DNA of 64,000 nucleotides from Candidatus Gastranaerophilales bacterium (GCA_944323695.1 CALUTI010000005.1:53475-117474); one strand, 5' to 3'; counted from the stretch's first letter, positions 42,715-54,081 are shown. The notes: a model not told the origin generated them from the sequence alone. A program made the numbers and translations.

Positions 42715-44067
42715 TTATTCTTGAATCTGTTCTGCAACAGGAGTTTCTTCTTTTATGATTTCAAGTTTTGTAATACGTGCACCGTCAATTTCTTTAACTA
42801 TAAAGGTTAAACCAAGGTGGGTTACCGTATCTCCGACTTCTGCAATTCTTCCCAAAAGTTTTACAACAAGACCGCCGATTGTATCTATATCTTCATCATC
42901 AATAGCTTCTTCATCAATATTGAAGTATTCAGCAATTTCATCTGTTCTCATCATAGCATTTGCTATATATGTATTTGGTGCGATTTCTTTTATATCGCAT
43001 TCCTGTTCTTCTTCTTCATCAAATTCATCCTGCACATCGCCGAAAATTTCTTCAATAACGTCTTCAAGAGTTATAAGTCCTGATGTTCCGCCAAATTCAT
43101 CGACAACAATTGCCATTTGACCTTTGCGTTTTTTGAATTCCAGTACAAGATTATCCATTGTCATGGTCTCCGGTACAAGAAGAATTTCTCTTTGGATACG
43201 TTCAATCGGACATGTTGTGTCATCAATTGATAATTTATACAAATCTTTAACGTGAATTAGCCCTGTTATATGGTCCATATCGCCTTCATAAACAGGGTAA
43301 CGTGTATATTGATTTTCGGTTGCAACTTTATTTAATTCTTCCAGCGACATATTAATAGGTACACAGACCATATCGGTTCTCGGCACCATAACCTGTTTTG
43401 CTGTCAGGTCGGAAAACTTGAATACATTGTGCAGCATATCTTTTTCGGTTTCATTTAAAACTCCGCCGTTATAACTCGCATCTACGAGCATGTCCAACTC
43501 TTCTGACGAATGTACCAGAGAAGATTTATGAGAATGCGGGATATGCAGTAACTTCAAAACCCAGTTTCCAAATCCGTTTAACATCCATATAAACGGATTA
43601 AACACAAATGTTATTGCCTGCATAGGACGTGCGATTATCAAAGCTGTTTTTTCCGTGTATTCTAAGGCAATGGATTTGGGAATCAATTCACCCAATACAA
43701 CATGCAAGAATGTAATCAAAGCAAAAGCAAGTGATACTGATACGGTATGCGTTGCAATTGTCTGGCTTATTCCCGGCAAAAATACAAATATCGGTTCAAT
43801 TATGCGTGCAAGTGTTCCTTCACCAACCCAGCCTAAGCCGATACTTGATATTGTAACCCCTAATTGCACTGAAGCAATAAACTTATCCAAATCTTTTATA
43901 GCTTCGAGAGCAATTTGAGCGCTATAGTTGCCTTCTTTAACCAACTGCTCTATTCTGGTTTTTCTAACCTTAACCATCGCAAACTCTGCTGCGACAAAAA
44001 AACCGTTTGAAAATAATAGGAATGCTATTAAAAATAAATTAAAAACTAAATTTCCCGACTCATCCAT
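42715..44067 (-). CDS. DUF21/CBS-pair/CorC_HlyC-domain membrane protein (hemolysin-family, TlyC/CorC-like)
   Basis: N-terminal TM region, CBS pair and a C-terminal transporter-associated domain. The ATG (MDESG) at 44067 is preferred over the TTG at 44133. Confidence 0.75.
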   Translation of the reverse strand: MDESGNLVFNLFLIAFLLFSNGFFVAAEFAMVKVRKTRIEQLVKEGNYSAQIALEAIKDLDKFIASVQLGVTISSIGLGWVGEGTLARIIEPIFVFLPGISQTIATHTVSVSLAFALITFLHVVLGELIPKSIALEYTEKTALIIARPMQAITFVFNPFIWMLNGFGNWVLKLLHIPHSHKSSLVHSSEELDMLVDASYNGGVLNETEKDMLHNVFKFSDLTAKQVMVPRTDMVCVPINMSLEELNKVATENQYTRYPVYEGDMDHITGLIHVKDLYKLSIDDTTCPIERIQREILLVPETMTMDNLVLEFKKRKGQMAIVVDEFGGTSGLITLEDVIEEIFGDVQDEFDEEEEQECDIKEIAPNTYIANAMMRTDEIAEYFNIDEEAIDDEDIDTIGGLVVKLLGRIAEVGDTVTHLGLTFIVKEIDGARITKLEIIKEETPVAEQIQE

Positions 44068-44133
44068 TCTGTAATTTTTTACCTCAAATAATGATGTTGT
44101 TACAATTATAATATTATTTATAAAAAAATGCAA

Positions 44134-44961
44134 CTACTCATCAATTTCAACTTCTTTTAACTGGGTGTAAATAATAGGAGACAGCCCGTCTTTAGACACT
44201 ATATCAATAATTTTATATACCGGAGGATTATTAAGCAAAGTAGGTGTAGAAATATGATAAACACCATTTTGCATAATTTCGCTGTTTACATGAAAATGCC
44301 CTGAAACAATTGCGATTACATTTTCATGTTTATCCAGCATTTCAAAATATTTTTCCGGCTGGTAAGTTCTATGTGTTTTCAAGCGTGAACTCCCAAATTC
44401 AGGAGCATCAATTATAGGGTAATGTTGAAAAATAATCACAGGATTTTTTTTGTTTTTAGTAAGTTGTTTGTCAAGCCACGTGAGAGTATCAGCTCTGTAA
44501 TATCCGACAGGCCCCGGTATAATCTCTTTTGCACCGTCAACTACAATAAATGTATAACCCTTTTTCTTGAACACATAGTTCCATTTACGCTGGAACCAAA
44601 AAAGATTATTTTCCCTTACGATTTCATTATATCTTTCTTTTGAAAGATTTTGGCTTTTAAAAACATCGTGATTACCTATTACAAGATAATAAGGAGCTTT
44701 TAATTTATTAATAATTTTAATAAAATCATCCAAATCTTCAACTTCCGGCTTATTCAAATTGTCACCGGTAAATACAACAAAAGAAACATTATTTAATTTG
44801 TTAATGTCCTTAACTGTTTCTTCAAGCACCTTGACTGAATATTCATTTTCTGCATTAAAATGTGTATCTGTTACCTGAACAAATTTTATTGCACTATCGA
44901 GTGCCATTGCTGCAGTGTTACATAATAAAAAAAATAATAAAGTTAGAAAAGCCTTTTTCAT
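44134..44961 (-). CDS. calcineurin-like metallophosphoesterase, secreted
   Basis: Signal peptide; QVTDTHF, TGDN, GNHD and GHFH motifs. Confidence 0.75.
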   Translation of the reverse strand: MKKAFLTLLFFLLCNTAAMALDSAIKFVQVTDTHFNAENEYSVKVLEETVKDINKLNNVSFVVFTGDNLNKPEVEDLDDFIKIINKLKAPYYLVIGNHDVFKSQNLSKERYNEIVRENNLFWFQRKWNYVFKKKGYTFIVVDGAKEIIPGPVGYYRADTLTWLDKQLTKNKKNPVIIFQHYPIIDAPEFGSSRLKTHRTYQPEKYFEMLDKHENVIAIVSGHFHVNSEIMQNGVYHISTPTLLNNPPVYKIIDIVSKDGLSPIIYTQLKEVEIDE

Positions 44962-44998
44962 AATTCAAATTATATCATAAATATGATATAATAAAGCC

Positions 44999-45244
44999 AT
45001 GAGATTAGACAAATTTATAAAAGTATCAAGATTAATAAAGCGAAGAACCGTTGCCAATGAAGTTTCAGATATGGGCAGAGTCCTTGTCAACGGTAATCCT
45101 GCAAAACCCTCTAAACAACTGAAAACAGGCGATATTATTACAATAGAATATGCAAACAGAAAAGTCGAAGCACGTGTTTTGAAAGTACCTGAAGGTAATG
45201 TAAGCGTTCAGGAAGCTTCAAGTCTATATGAATTATTAAATTAG
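44999..45244 (+). CDS. S4-domain RNA-binding protein (YabO/Hsp15-like)
   Basis: MRLDKFIKVSRLIKRRTVANE is a typical S4 N-terminus; 81 aa. Confidence 0.75.
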   Translation: MRLDKFIKVSRLIKRRTVANEVSDMGRVLVNGNPAKPSKQLKTGDIITIEYANRKVEARVLKVPEGNVSVQEASSLYELLN

Positions 45245-45388
45245 ACACCGTTAAAATTTATCTTGTGTTTGACTTTTGTGGAATTTTCATTAAATACATT
45301 TTAAAACCCATACAAACGGATGATTTTTCATGGATTTGTTAAGTAAATACTGAAAAATATCCGAAAATATAAGTAGAGGTATAAATGT

Positions 45389-46087
45389 ATGAAAATTAAC
45401 GGCGGTGTAAGATTTGTAGAAAACGGTATCACAGCATCAATCAGAGCGATGCATGTTGATAGTGAGCTTATTTCCGTTGCAAACGAAAACGTTGCAGGGT
45501 TTGATAAGGTAGGATATCAGCGAAAGGATCCTATAGTATCTTCATTGACGGAGTTTTTGGGTGTTCATGGTTTATCTACTACTCTGGATGATAAGATAGG
45601 TCGTATCGCCCTGTCTGAAAACCCATTGGATATTGCACTTGCTGCAAAAGGTTATTTCCAAACCGAAAGTGATGAAGGTATTAAATTAACCCGTGATGGA
45701 AGGTTTAAACTGGATAAAGAAGGAAATCTTTTAACCCTTGACGACAGCCGTGTGCTTTCAAATACAGGCATGCCGATAAAATTACACATTGTACCTGATG
45801 ATTTAAAGCAGATAAAAATTAACGACAGAGGTCTGGTAAGTGTATTCAACCCTCAGACAAATAAGCTTGAAGGCGTTGCGTATTTGGGTGTTGTAGATGC
45901 AAGCGGGGCACTGGTTATGGAACCGAAGGTTAAACAGGGTTATAACGAGTTTTCAAACGTTGCATTACAAGAAGAATTTATAAGCATGATGCCTGTTATT
46001 AAGAATTTTGATGCAAACAGACAGTTATTTATGATACAAAACCAAAATTTACAAAAAGTAATCAGCCAGCTTGGCACAACATCATAG
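45389..46087 (+). CDS. flgF: flagellar basal-body rod protein, FlgF-like
   Basis: Flg_bb_rod style N-terminus and the C-terminal FlgF/G conserved end; lies upstream of three other rod genes. Confidence 0.65.
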   Translation: MKINGGVRFVENGITASIRAMHVDSELISVANENVAGFDKVGYQRKDPIVSSLTEFLGVHGLSTTLDDKIGRIALSENPLDIALAAKGYFQTESDEGIKLTRDGRFKLDKEGNLLTLDDSRVLSNTGMPIKLHIVPDDLKQIKINDRGLVSVFNPQTNKLEGVAYLGVVDASGALVMEPKVKQGYNEFSNVALQEEFISMMPVIKNFDANRQLFMIQNQNLQKVISQLGTTS

Positions 46088-46100
46088 AGAGGATTAGCGT

Positions 46101-46817
46101 ATGTATACAATTCAGGGAATGATTAGAAAAAGTATTAATAATACATTTAGCCAGTGGGAAAGACTGGGCTATGTTGCAAATAATCTTGCTAATATTAACA
46201 CTAATGCATACAAACCGGTAAGATTTGAACAGATGCTTGGTGAAGACGGTTATCTTAAAGGTGCAATAAGAACTGATTACAGTCAAGGGTCAATTAAAAT
46301 TACTTCAAATCCTTATGATGTTGCGATTGACGGACAAGGTTTTATACCTGTTATATCCCCTTCCGGTGAGGTTCAATACACCAGAGACGGCGGATTTAAG
46401 CAGGGAAAAGACGGCTATCTGGTTACAAATGATGACTGGATTGTAGGTGAAGGAATAAAAATTCCGACAAACTGCTATAAATTTGAAATCAAACCAAATG
46501 GTGATGTAGTTTCTTTTGATTCTTCAAATGCTACTGAAAAATATTTGGGAAATATTCCGCTTGTAAGATTTGCAAATCCGGAAGCGCTTGAACAGGCAGA
46601 TATGAACAGACTTGCTGCAACAGAAGACGCCGGAGAGCCTGTTTTAGTGAAAGATCACAGTTGTTTCAAGCAGAATAATATAGAAATTTCTAATACAAAT
46701 GTTTATACATCCACAAGTGAAATGTTACGGCTTAATGCATCAATGCTTGCAAGCACCCAGATGCTGAAAGTTATTGATGATATGTATAACAAGGCAATAA
46801 ATATCCGTGAAGGTTAA
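46101..46817 (+). CDS. flgG: flagellar basal-body rod protein, FlgG-like
   Basis: N-terminal ...VANNLANINTNAYK, internal DGQGFIPV, YTRDGGF and C-terminal rod motifs. Confidence 0.7.
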   Translation: MYTIQGMIRKSINNTFSQWERLGYVANNLANINTNAYKPVRFEQMLGEDGYLKGAIRTDYSQGSIKITSNPYDVAIDGQGFIPVISPSGEVQYTRDGGFKQGKDGYLVTNDDWIVGEGIKIPTNCYKFEIKPNGDVVSFDSSNATEKYLGNIPLVRFANPEALEQADMNRLAATEDAGEPVLVKDHSCFKQNNIEISNTNVYTSTSEMLRLNASMLASTQMLKVIDDMYNKAINIREG

Positions 46818-46832
46818 CGAGGGAGGTAGTTT

Positions 46833-47180
46833 ATGTACACATCTTTAGATAGTATGGGAAAAGTTTCCCTGATGATGGATTTAATATCCCAAAGACAGCG
46901 CGCAATCGGTTCAAACATTGCAAACATGGACACCCCGGGTTACGTAAGACGCGATATTGATTTCGGGACATATCTCGGAACAATGAACAGTCCTTTAGAA
47001 ACTAAACTTTCACAAAAGCTCGGTCCATCGGGAATTATAGAAGAACGAGAATACGAAGAAATAAATCCTGCACAGGAGCTTATCGCATTGCAGGAAAACT
47101 CAATGCTGTATTCAATGGCAACAAGAAGAATGTCAAATATAATTACGGAAATGAAAACCGTAATTAACGTAGGCAAATAA
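46833..47180 (+). CDS. flgB: flagellar basal-body rod protein FlgB
   Basis: SNIANMDTPGYVRRD motif; about 115 aa; precedes flgC. Confidence 0.8.
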   Translation: MYTSLDSMGKVSLMMDLISQRQRAIGSNIANMDTPGYVRRDIDFGTYLGTMNSPLETKLSQKLGPSGIIEEREYEEINPAQELIALQENSMLYSMATRRMSNIITEMKTVINVGK

Positions 47181-47194
47181 CGGGAGAGTAGGAA

Positions 47195-47638
47195 ATGAGT
47201 ATACTTGAATCATTTAATATAGGATCAAATGCATTAAGAGCACACGGATTACGTCTTGATATCCATGCCAAAAACGTTGCAAATATAGATACACCGAATT
47301 ATGTGAGAAAAATTCCTGTATTGAATGCAACAGAAGACATTTCATTTCATGGCTTAATGAATACAATGAAAAATGATGTATTCGGAGTTGGGACACTTTC
47401 CTATTTGCAGGGCGGTGTAACCTTCAGCGGAGTTGTTGAAGACCCGACACTCGGCGATAAAATATATAGACCCGGTCACCCGGATGCTGATGAAAACGGA
47501 TACATAAGATCCTCAAATGTAAACGCCATGGTAGATATAGCAGATGCCGTATTAGCCCAAAGAGCTTATGAGGCAAACCTTGCGCTGGTAAATATTACAA
47601 AATCCATGGCACAAAGAGCTATAGAAATCGGCAGATAG
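47195..47638 (+). CDS. flgC: flagellar basal-body rod protein FlgC
   Basis: KNVANIDTPNYVRK and C-terminal AQRAYEANL motifs. Confidence 0.85.
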   Translation: MSILESFNIGSNALRAHGLRLDIHAKNVANIDTPNYVRKIPVLNATEDISFHGLMNTMKNDVFGVGTLSYLQGGVTFSGVVEDPTLGDKIYRPGHPDADENGYIRSSNVNAMVDIADAVLAQRAYEANLALVNITKSMAQRAIEIGR

Positions 47639-47664
47639 TATTTACAATTAAAATTTATTATATT

Positions 47665-47697
47665 AAAATGACTATGTGGCTAAACATAGTCATTTTT
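47665..47697. terminator. rho-independent terminator after flgC
   Basis: AAAATGACTATGT-GGCTAA-ACATAGTCATTTT: 13-bp stem followed by a T run. Confidence 0.75.
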
Positions 47698-47747
47698 AAA
47701 AATTAAATACTTATGTCGATGTGGCACTTTGCCGAGAAAAAATATAT

Positions 47748-47829
47748 GTCGATGTGGCGGAATCGGTATACGCGCACGTTTGAGGGGCGTGTGGAGAAAT
47801 CCTTGCGGGTTCAAGTCCCGCCATCGACA
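47748..47829 (+). tRNA. tRNA-Leu (anticodon GAG), 82 nt, long variable arm, no encoded CCA
   Basis: Hand fold: GTCGATG TG GCG GAATCGGTATA CGC G CACGT TTGAGGG GCGTG TGGAGAAATCCTT GCGGG TTCAAGT CCCGC CATCGAC A. Confidence 0.88.
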
Positions 47830-47831
47830 AT

Positions 47832-47859
47832 AAAAAAGAGTCCTTAGGGACTCTTTTTT
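47832..47859 (+). terminator. rho-independent terminator after tRNA-Leu
   Basis: GAGTCC-TTAG-GGACTC followed by TTTTTT. Confidence 0.75.
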
Positions 47860-47905
47860 ATTGGTGATAAGAGGACGCAGAACCCCACAAGGCGAAGCCT
47901 TGTAT

Positions 47906-48024
47906 GGGTTCAAGCGGGAGCGAGCTGAGGCTGGAGTGCTTTTGTTTTATGTGCTGAAATCACATAAAACAAAACACGGAATTGCCGTTAAATGCGAGTG
48001 ACCAAGACAGTCCCGCCATTGACA
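47906..48024 (+). other. interrupted duplicate of the tRNA-Leu 3' end (T-arm and acceptor fragment)
   Basis: GGGTTCAAG (47906-47914) and AGTCCCGCCATTGACA (48009-48024; 15/16 identical to the tRNA 3' end) are separated by about 94 nt containing a 14-bp AT-rich hairpin (47940-47974). Confidence 0.55.
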
Positions 48025-48026
48025 TT

Positions 48027-48064
48027 TAAAAAGCGGATAACATTTGTTGTTATCCGCTTTTTTA
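48027..48064. terminator. bidirectional terminator hairpin
   Basis: GCGGATAACA-TTTGT-TGTTATCCGC flanked by A and T runs; lies downstream of the minus-strand gene ending at 48088. Confidence 0.7.
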
Positions 48065-48087
48065 TAGATTTATTTTAATATTAAGTT

Positions 48088-48702
48088 TTATTCAGCCTTT
48101 GATGAGGTTTTATTTATCAAGTCCTGAATGGCATTGCTTAAATTGGCTTTTTCATCGGAATGTGTAATTTGTGCCTGCTTTTTATATTCTTTTTGATTTA
48201 ATTTATTTTGTTTAGCTAATTCTTTTTGATTTAGGGCTTCCTGTATTTTTTTCTCGGCTAAATCAATATGGCTATCTAAAAGTCCTGTCGGACGTTGTGC
48301 TTTTGTATCTGTAGGTGAAATAGCATATTTAAGATCTTCGGTCGCTTCTGCAAGACTTTCACGTAGATTATGCTTATTACCCCAGCCGCTTATAGTAATT
48401 TTATCATCTTGACTGTTAAAAAATCTTTTCAATTTGCTTTTTGAAATATTATCATAAAAGATATTTACAGAAGATTTTACACTTTCCATATAGTCTTTAG
48501 CTGAGTGGAAAAATATATCAACATCATATTTTTTACAAAAGTCCATGACTTTAGAGTTATTTTTGAATGTATCAACCAATTCTTTACCTAATTCAGGGTG
48601 TTTTTCATATAAACCCAGACATTTAACTTTTCTTATACCTGTAAAAGATTGATTGTATTTACTATTGTTTTGGATATTGTAATTACTATTTAATATTTGC
48701 AT
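48088..48702 (-). CDS. hypothetical protein (204 aa)
   Basis: AAGGAG SD 7 nt before the ATG at 48702 (MQILNSNYN...). No signal peptide or known motif recognised. Confidence 0.55.
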   Translation of the reverse strand: MQILNSNYNIQNNSKYNQSFTGIRKVKCLGLYEKHPELGKELVDTFKNNSKVMDFCKKYDVDIFFHSAKDYMESVKSSVNIFYDNISKSKLKRFFNSQDDKITISGWGNKHNLRESLAEATEDLKYAISPTDTKAQRPTGLLDSHIDLAEKKIQEALNQKELAKQNKLNQKEYKKQAQITHSDEKANLSNAIQDLINKTSSKAE

Positions 48703-48787
48703 ATTATTCTCCTTATATATTGATTGAAACACGTAAAGAGATTTTTTTGTTAGTTTTTGTACTTTTGTAACAAAAGCTATAGTATAT

Positions 48788-49309
48788 TTAGTTTTTTAAC
48801 ATGAATTCTTTTGGATATTCGACTGTGGCATTGAGGTCTGTGAGTTTACCTTGAAGATTAATCGCCATAAAAAATTCTTCAGAAATTTCAAAGGGAGATT
48901 TAATACCGAATGTTTTTGCCGGAATATAGCCAAAACGGCTGTAATAATTCGGATCCCCTAATACAATTGAATATTCATAACCTAAATTTTGGGCTATTCT
49001 ATGCCCTTCTTTAATTAATTTTGTACCAATTCCTTGTCTTTGGTAATTCGTTGAAACGGTTAAAGGAGCAAGGGCAAGCTGGATAGTATGACCTACTTTG
49101 ACTTTTGTAAAAAGTATGTGTCCTATAATTTCATTATTGTATTCAGCAACAAGTGATAATTCTGGTATAAAAGCATCACCTTTCCTTAATCTTTCAACGA
49201 GATTATGTTCATCCCCGTCTGTGTGTTCTGCAAGTTTAAAGGTATTTTTTATTAAATTAAATACCTCAGGATAGTCGTTATTTGTTTCTTGTCGAATAAT
49301 TATAGGCAT
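48788..49309 (-). CDS. GNAT-family N-acetyltransferase
   Basis: Acetyl-CoA binding segment NYQRQGIGTKLIKEG (Q/RxxGxG/A). Confidence 0.8.
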   Translation of the reverse strand: MPIIIRQETNNDYPEVFNLIKNTFKLAEHTDGDEHNLVERLRKGDAFIPELSLVAEYNNEIIGHILFTKVKVGHTIQLALAPLTVSTNYQRQGIGTKLIKEGHRIAQNLGYEYSIVLGDPNYYSRFGYIPAKTFGIKSPFEISEEFFMAINLQGKLTDLNATVEYPKEFMLKN

Positions 49310-49656
49310 TATCTTTTAACCGGTTCATAATCAATTTTAGACACAATATCAGTAGCTTCAAGCTTGAAAATTACCGGACGCAAGCCGTCATTGCAGCTGC
49401 AGATTGCAACACCGGGTTTTCTAATCCAGTCGCCAAAATAGAAAAGTTCATTGCCTGCGCCATGCGCAAGTGCAAATACATATTGATAAATTGCCTTCCA
49501 TGCTTCATCGCAAAAACCTTCGGGCTTTGCGTAATCCGCATAAAATTCCTGTCCTTCTTTCATCATTGGACATGCCGTTAAACCTTCAATTCCGTATTCA
49601 TCTGCGAGTTCTTTGTCTAATGTGGTTTTTAAAACAGTTATTTTTACTTTTTTCAT
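49309..49656 (-). CDS. small Cys-containing conserved protein, resembles the TIGR04076 family
   Basis: MKKVKITVLKTT...ACPMMKEGQEF...PEGFCDEAW...CSCNDGLRPVIFKLE matches my recollection of that family. AGGAG precedes the ATG at 49656. Confidence 0.5.
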   Translation of the reverse strand: MKKVKITVLKTTLDKELADEYGIEGLTACPMMKEGQEFYADYAKPEGFCDEAWKAIYQYVFALAHGAGNELFYFGDWIRKPGVAICSCNDGLRPVIFKLEATDIVSKIDYEPVKR

Positions 49657-49747
49657 ATCAAACTCCTGTAAATTTATGTTTAAATTATATAGCAAAAATG
49701 TTTTTTTAGTGTTTTAATAATTATGTGTTGATAATAGGAGTGTGTTT

Positions 49748-50575
49748 ATGAGAATTTTACCTGTATCCGAATTTTCTTATAATAAGAGTGGAATTAATTT
49801 TGAGGCAAAAAAAGAAGAAAAGCCCAAAACTGAGCATGTTACAAACAGCATGAAAAAAGCTGTTCCGACCGCAGCATTAATTCTTGCCATGATGGCGGAG
49901 CCTGCTGCTGTTAATAAGGCAGAAGCTGCACCTTTAGATAGTGATAATATAGAAATGCAATGGCATAGACCGCCGCGTCATATGCCGCCTCCGCATCATC
50001 ATTTTCATCCTGTAGTGCCGCCTCCGGTATATTACAATCCGTATTATAATCCCTATAATTATGTTTTGCCAACATTAATTATGATGAATTATTTACAAAA
50101 CATTGCAGCCTTAAGCAATGTTTATACAAATCCTGTTGATCCGGTATCTGTGGGAAATGTTACTTTTAATAAAGACGATATAAAAGCTGTTAATTCATTT
50201 ACCGATGACGATGATATACAATATCATAATGTAATATTGTCAAACGGTACAAATGTAACTTTCCCGGAACAGCCGGATGAGAATTATGCAGCAATTTATA
50301 GAAATGATAACGGTTATATGTTTGAGGGATTATCTGATGCGCTTATAGAAGGGTCTGATAATCGTGACAGATATACATTAAACGGCTGTAAAAATACCAC
50401 TGTTGACGTTGGCGGAGACGATAGAATTGACAGGGTGCTTGTACAAAGATATAGGATAACACCCGAAAATACTCGTCAGTATACCGAAAATGTCTCAGTA
50501 ATTGCAGGCGATGGAGATGTGGTAAATAATCGGATTGCCAATGAGGATGAGATCTCTACATATAACGGTTATTAA
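49748..50575 (+). CDS. hypothetical protein with a Pro/His/Tyr-rich segment
   Basis: AGGAG 7 nt before the ATG at 49748. Hydrophobic segment AVPTAALILAMMAEPAAV. Low-complexity HRPPRHMPPPHHHFHPVVPPPVYYNPYYNPY. Confidence 0.55.
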   Translation: MRILPVSEFSYNKSGINFEAKKEEKPKTEHVTNSMKKAVPTAALILAMMAEPAAVNKAEAAPLDSDNIEMQWHRPPRHMPPPHHHFHPVVPPPVYYNPYYNPYNYVLPTLIMMNYLQNIAALSNVYTNPVDPVSVGNVTFNKDDIKAVNSFTDDDDIQYHNVILSNGTNVTFPEQPDENYAAIYRNDNGYMFEGLSDALIEGSDNRDRYTLNGCKNTTVDVGGDDRIDRVLVQRYRITPENTRQYTENVSVIAGDGDVVNNRIANEDEISTYNGY

Positions 50576-50615
50576 TTTAATTTGAAATTCTTGCTTTACA
50601 TGTCATAATACAGGT

Positions 50616-53444
50616 ATGCAAGATACAATAAAAATTAAAGGGGCAAAAGAACATAATCTTAAAGATGTTTCTTTGGAAATTCCAAAGAATGAACTTGTTG
50701 TGTTTACCGGAGTTTCAGGAAGCGGAAAAAGTTCACTTGCCTTTGATACGATTTTTGCGGAAGGTCAAAGACGCTATATAGAAAGCCTTTCGACTTATGC
50801 ACGCCAGTTTTTGGGGCAGATGGATAAACCTAATGTTGAATACATAGACGGGCTTTCCCCTGCAATTTCTATTGATCAAAAATCCACAAGCAATAACCCC
50901 AGATCAACTGTCGGTACGGTTACGGAAATTTATGATTATTTAAGACTTTTATACGCACGTGTCGGTGTCCCGCATTGCCCGGAGTGCGGTTCAGAGATAA
51001 AACCGCAGTCTATTGATGAAATCGTAAATAGTATTATGAAGCTTCCGGAAGGTACTAAAATTCAGATTTTAGCTCCTATTGCACGCGGTAAAAAAGGTGA
51101 ATTTCAGTCCACGTTTGAAGAATTAAGGCAGGAAGGTTTTGTCAGGGTTAAGGTCGATGATGAAATCTATAACCTTGATGAGGATGAAATTAAGTTAAAT
51201 AAAACCCAAAAACATACAATTCATGTTGTTGTAGATAGAATCGTTGTTAAAGAAAGCGCGCAATCACGTATAGCGGACAGTGTTCAAATAGCCCTGAAAA
51301 AAGCTGACGGAATTGCAATTGTTGATATTATAGGTGATAAAGAGGTAATTTACAGCGAAAAACTGGCATGCCCCAAATGTAATTTGAGTTTTGAAGAGCT
51401 TGCGCCGAGAATCTTTTCTTTTAATAATCCGTACGGCGCTTGCGAAAGATGCTCAGGTCTTGGCGCTGATTTTGTAATCGACCCGAATTTGATTGTTCCG
51501 GATAAAACAAAATCACTTGCTGACGGCGCGATTTATCCATGGTCACGAACTTCAAACACCTATTATGATGATGTCTTAAAATCAGTTGCATCACATTACG
51601 GAATTGATATGAATACGCCTTTTGGCGAGTTGCCTGAAGAACAGCAGAAAATAATTCTTTATGGCGGTGATGATGTTGTTTCGTTTTATGTTAAACGGTT
51701 TGGTACAAAACGCTATCACACCCAGTATCACAGGTATATCGGTGTGATTCCTTATCTTGAAAAACGCTATAACGAGTCAAATGGTGAATACTGGCGGGAA
51801 GAAATTGAAAAATATATGGTTACAACACCATGTCCTGCCTGCAAAGGTGCAAGATTAAAGCCATTTTCGCTTGCTGTTACAATAAAAGATAAAAATATTT
51901 ATGAATTTACTTTGATGTCCGTTGAGGATGAATACGACTTTATAGAAAGCCTTTATCTGGACTTATCCGATTTCCATATCCAGATTGCAAAACAAATTCT
52001 TGATGAAATAAGGGCGCGTCTGAGATTTTTAAAAGATGTGGGTTTAGGATATCTGAACCTTGCACGTATGGCGGGAACCTTATCCGGCGGTGAGGCGCAG
52101 AGAATCAGACTTGCAACTCAAATCGGCAGCGGGCTGTCAGGCGTTTTATATGTTCTTGATGAGCCATCTATCGGGCTTCACCAGAGAGACAATGACAGAC
52201 TTATCAAAACGCTTATTAAGCTTAGAAATCTTGGCAACACTCTTGTCGTTGTAGAGCACGACGAGGAAACAATAAGAAATGCGGATTATATTGTTGATAT
52301 CGGTCCAAAAGCAGGAATTAACGGCGGTGAAATTATTGCTCAAGGTTCCGTTGATGATATCATTGCCGCGAAACGCTCAATAACAGGTAAATACTTGAGC
52401 GGGGAAAAGTTTATTCCTATCCCGGAAAAAGTGCGTGAAGGAAACGGACACTTTCTCCATGTTAAAAATGCCCACTTGAATAACCTGAAAAATATTGATG
52501 TTGATATTCCTTTGGGAAAAATTGTTGTTTTGACAGGGGTTTCAGGCTCCGGAAAATCAACCCTGATGCAGGATTTGGTTTTTGAATATGCTCTGCATAA
52601 ACTTAGAGGCAACAAGCCAAAACCGCAGGGTGTGGATGAGATTACGGGTTTTGAATATATTGATAAAATAATTGATATTGATCAATCCCCAATAGGTAGA
52701 ACACCACGATCAAATCCCGCAACTTATACGGATGTATTTACGCATATTCGTGAGCTTTATGCAAAGACTAACGAGGCAAAGGTTAGAGGCTACAAGCCCG
52801 GCAGGTTTAGTTTTAACGTAAAAGGCGGACGCTGTGAAGCTTGTAAAGGTGATGGTCTTTTAAAAATAGAAATGAACTTTTTGTCTGATGTTTACGTGAA
52901 ATGTGATGTCTGCAAAGGAAAACGCTATAACCGTGAGACTTTAGAGGTTAAATATAAAGGCAAAACAATTTCAGATGTTTTGGAAATGAGTGTAAAAGAG
53001 GCGTTGGAATTTTTTGACAGTATTCCGGCGATTAAAAATAAGCTGAAAACTTTAAATGATGTCGGTTTGGATTATATTAAACTCGGTCAGAGCGCTACGA
53101 CCTTGTCAGGTGGTGAAGCACAGCGTATTAAGCTGGCATCTGAGCTGAACAAACGTGCAACAGGCAAAACTCTTTATTTGCTTGATGAGCCGTCAGTGGG
53201 ATTGCACTGGGCGGATTTGGATAAGCTTATAAAAATCTTGCAAAGGCTTGCCGATCAAGGTAATACTATTTTGATAATCGAACATAATCTTGATTTAATA
53301 AAGGTCGCGGATTATATAATTGATCTTGGACCGGAAGGCGGTAATCATGGCGGGCAGGTTGTTGCAACTGGTTCCCCGCGTGAAGTCGCAAAAAATAAAA
53401 AATCCTTTACGGGACAGTATTTGAATACAATTTTTAATAAGTGA
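50616..53444 (+). CDS. uvrA: excinuclease ABC subunit A
   Basis: Two ABC ATPase modules (GVSGSGKSS twice, LSGGEAQR twice) and zinc-finger Cys clusters; 942 aa. Confidence 0.95.
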   Translation: MQDTIKIKGAKEHNLKDVSLEIPKNELVVFTGVSGSGKSSLAFDTIFAEGQRRYIESLSTYARQFLGQMDKPNVEYIDGLSPAISIDQKSTSNNPRSTVGTVTEIYDYLRLLYARVGVPHCPECGSEIKPQSIDEIVNSIMKLPEGTKIQILAPIARGKKGEFQSTFEELRQEGFVRVKVDDEIYNLDEDEIKLNKTQKHTIHVVVDRIVVKESAQSRIADSVQIALKKADGIAIVDIIGDKEVIYSEKLACPKCNLSFEELAPRIFSFNNPYGACERCSGLGADFVIDPNLIVPDKTKSLADGAIYPWSRTSNTYYDDVLKSVASHYGIDMNTPFGELPEEQQKIILYGGDDVVSFYVKRFGTKRYHTQYHRYIGVIPYLEKRYNESNGEYWREEIEKYMVTTPCPACKGARLKPFSLAVTIKDKNIYEFTLMSVEDEYDFIESLYLDLSDFHIQIAKQILDEIRARLRFLKDVGLGYLNLARMAGTLSGGEAQRIRLATQIGSGLSGVLYVLDEPSIGLHQRDNDRLIKTLIKLRNLGNTLVVVEHDEETIRNADYIVDIGPKAGINGGEIIAQGSVDDIIAAKRSITGKYLSGEKFIPIPEKVREGNGHFLHVKNAHLNNLKNIDVDIPLGKIVVLTGVSGSGKSTLMQDLVFEYALHKLRGNKPKPQGVDEITGFEYIDKIIDIDQSPIGRTPRSNPATYTDVFTHIRELYAKTNEAKVRGYKPGRFSFNVKGGRCEACKGDGLLKIEMNFLSDVYVKCDVCKGKRYNRETLEVKYKGKTISDVLEMSVKEALEFFDSIPAIKNKLKTLNDVGLDYIKLGQSATTLSGGEAQRIKLASELNKRATGKTLYLLDEPSVGLHWADLDKLIKILQRLADQGNTILIIEHNLDLIKVADYIIDLGPEGGNHGGQVVATGSPREVAKNKKSFTGQYLNTIFNK

Positions 53445-53451
53445 GGTGTAT

Positions 53452-54081
53452 ATGAAGAAAAAATTGATACTTTTAGCTGTATTATTACTCGGATTACAGC
53501 CGGTTATGGCAAAGAATATTAAGGTTCAGGCAATGTCTGATTTTTCAACTGCAAACCCGCCTGAAACATGGGAATTAAAAATTGTTGAGGATGTTAAAAT
53601 TAAAGATGAATCCGTAATCCCTGCCGGTAGTGTGATTACTGGTAAAATTGCAGATGTTACTGATCCTAAAAGACTTAAGCGTAATGCAACTTTTACTTTT
53701 GTACCGGTAAGTCTTTATGATGCAGGTAAAAAACAAACTTTTCATATAGATCAAAATGTTCAGGGAAAATATAGTTCTATGAGTGACGTCAGTGCAGGAT
53801 CTTTAGCTAAATCAGGTGCTATATTTGTAGGAAATAAACTTGTTGATGGTGTTTTTGGTCCGGGTGTAGCTCTTGTTGAAGGTGCTGTGAAAAATGAACA
53901 TGGCAATCGTGCCAAATCCGCTGCTGTTTCCTTGTATGAAAGCACACCGTTGTCTTACGCAAACAAAGGTAAGGAAATGGAGATTAAAAAAGACCAGATT
54001 TTTATCATGAGTTTTAAGACAAAAGATGACGAAAACGAAGAACAAGATAAACCTAATTATGAATATACTGTGGAAGAATAG
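53452..54081 (+). CDS. hypothetical secreted protein
   Basis: Signal peptide MKKKLILLAVLLLGLQPVMA. GAGG SD before the ATG at 53452. No family recognised. Confidence 0.55.
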   Translation: MKKKLILLAVLLLGLQPVMAKNIKVQAMSDFSTANPPETWELKIVEDVKIKDESVIPAGSVITGKIADVTDPKRLKRNATFTFVPVSLYDAGKKQTFHIDQNVQGKYSSMSDVSAGSLAKSGAIFVGNKLVDGVFGPGVALVEGAVKNEHGNRAKSAAVSLYESTPLSYANKGKEMEIKKDQIFIMSFKTKDDENEEQDKPNYEYTVEE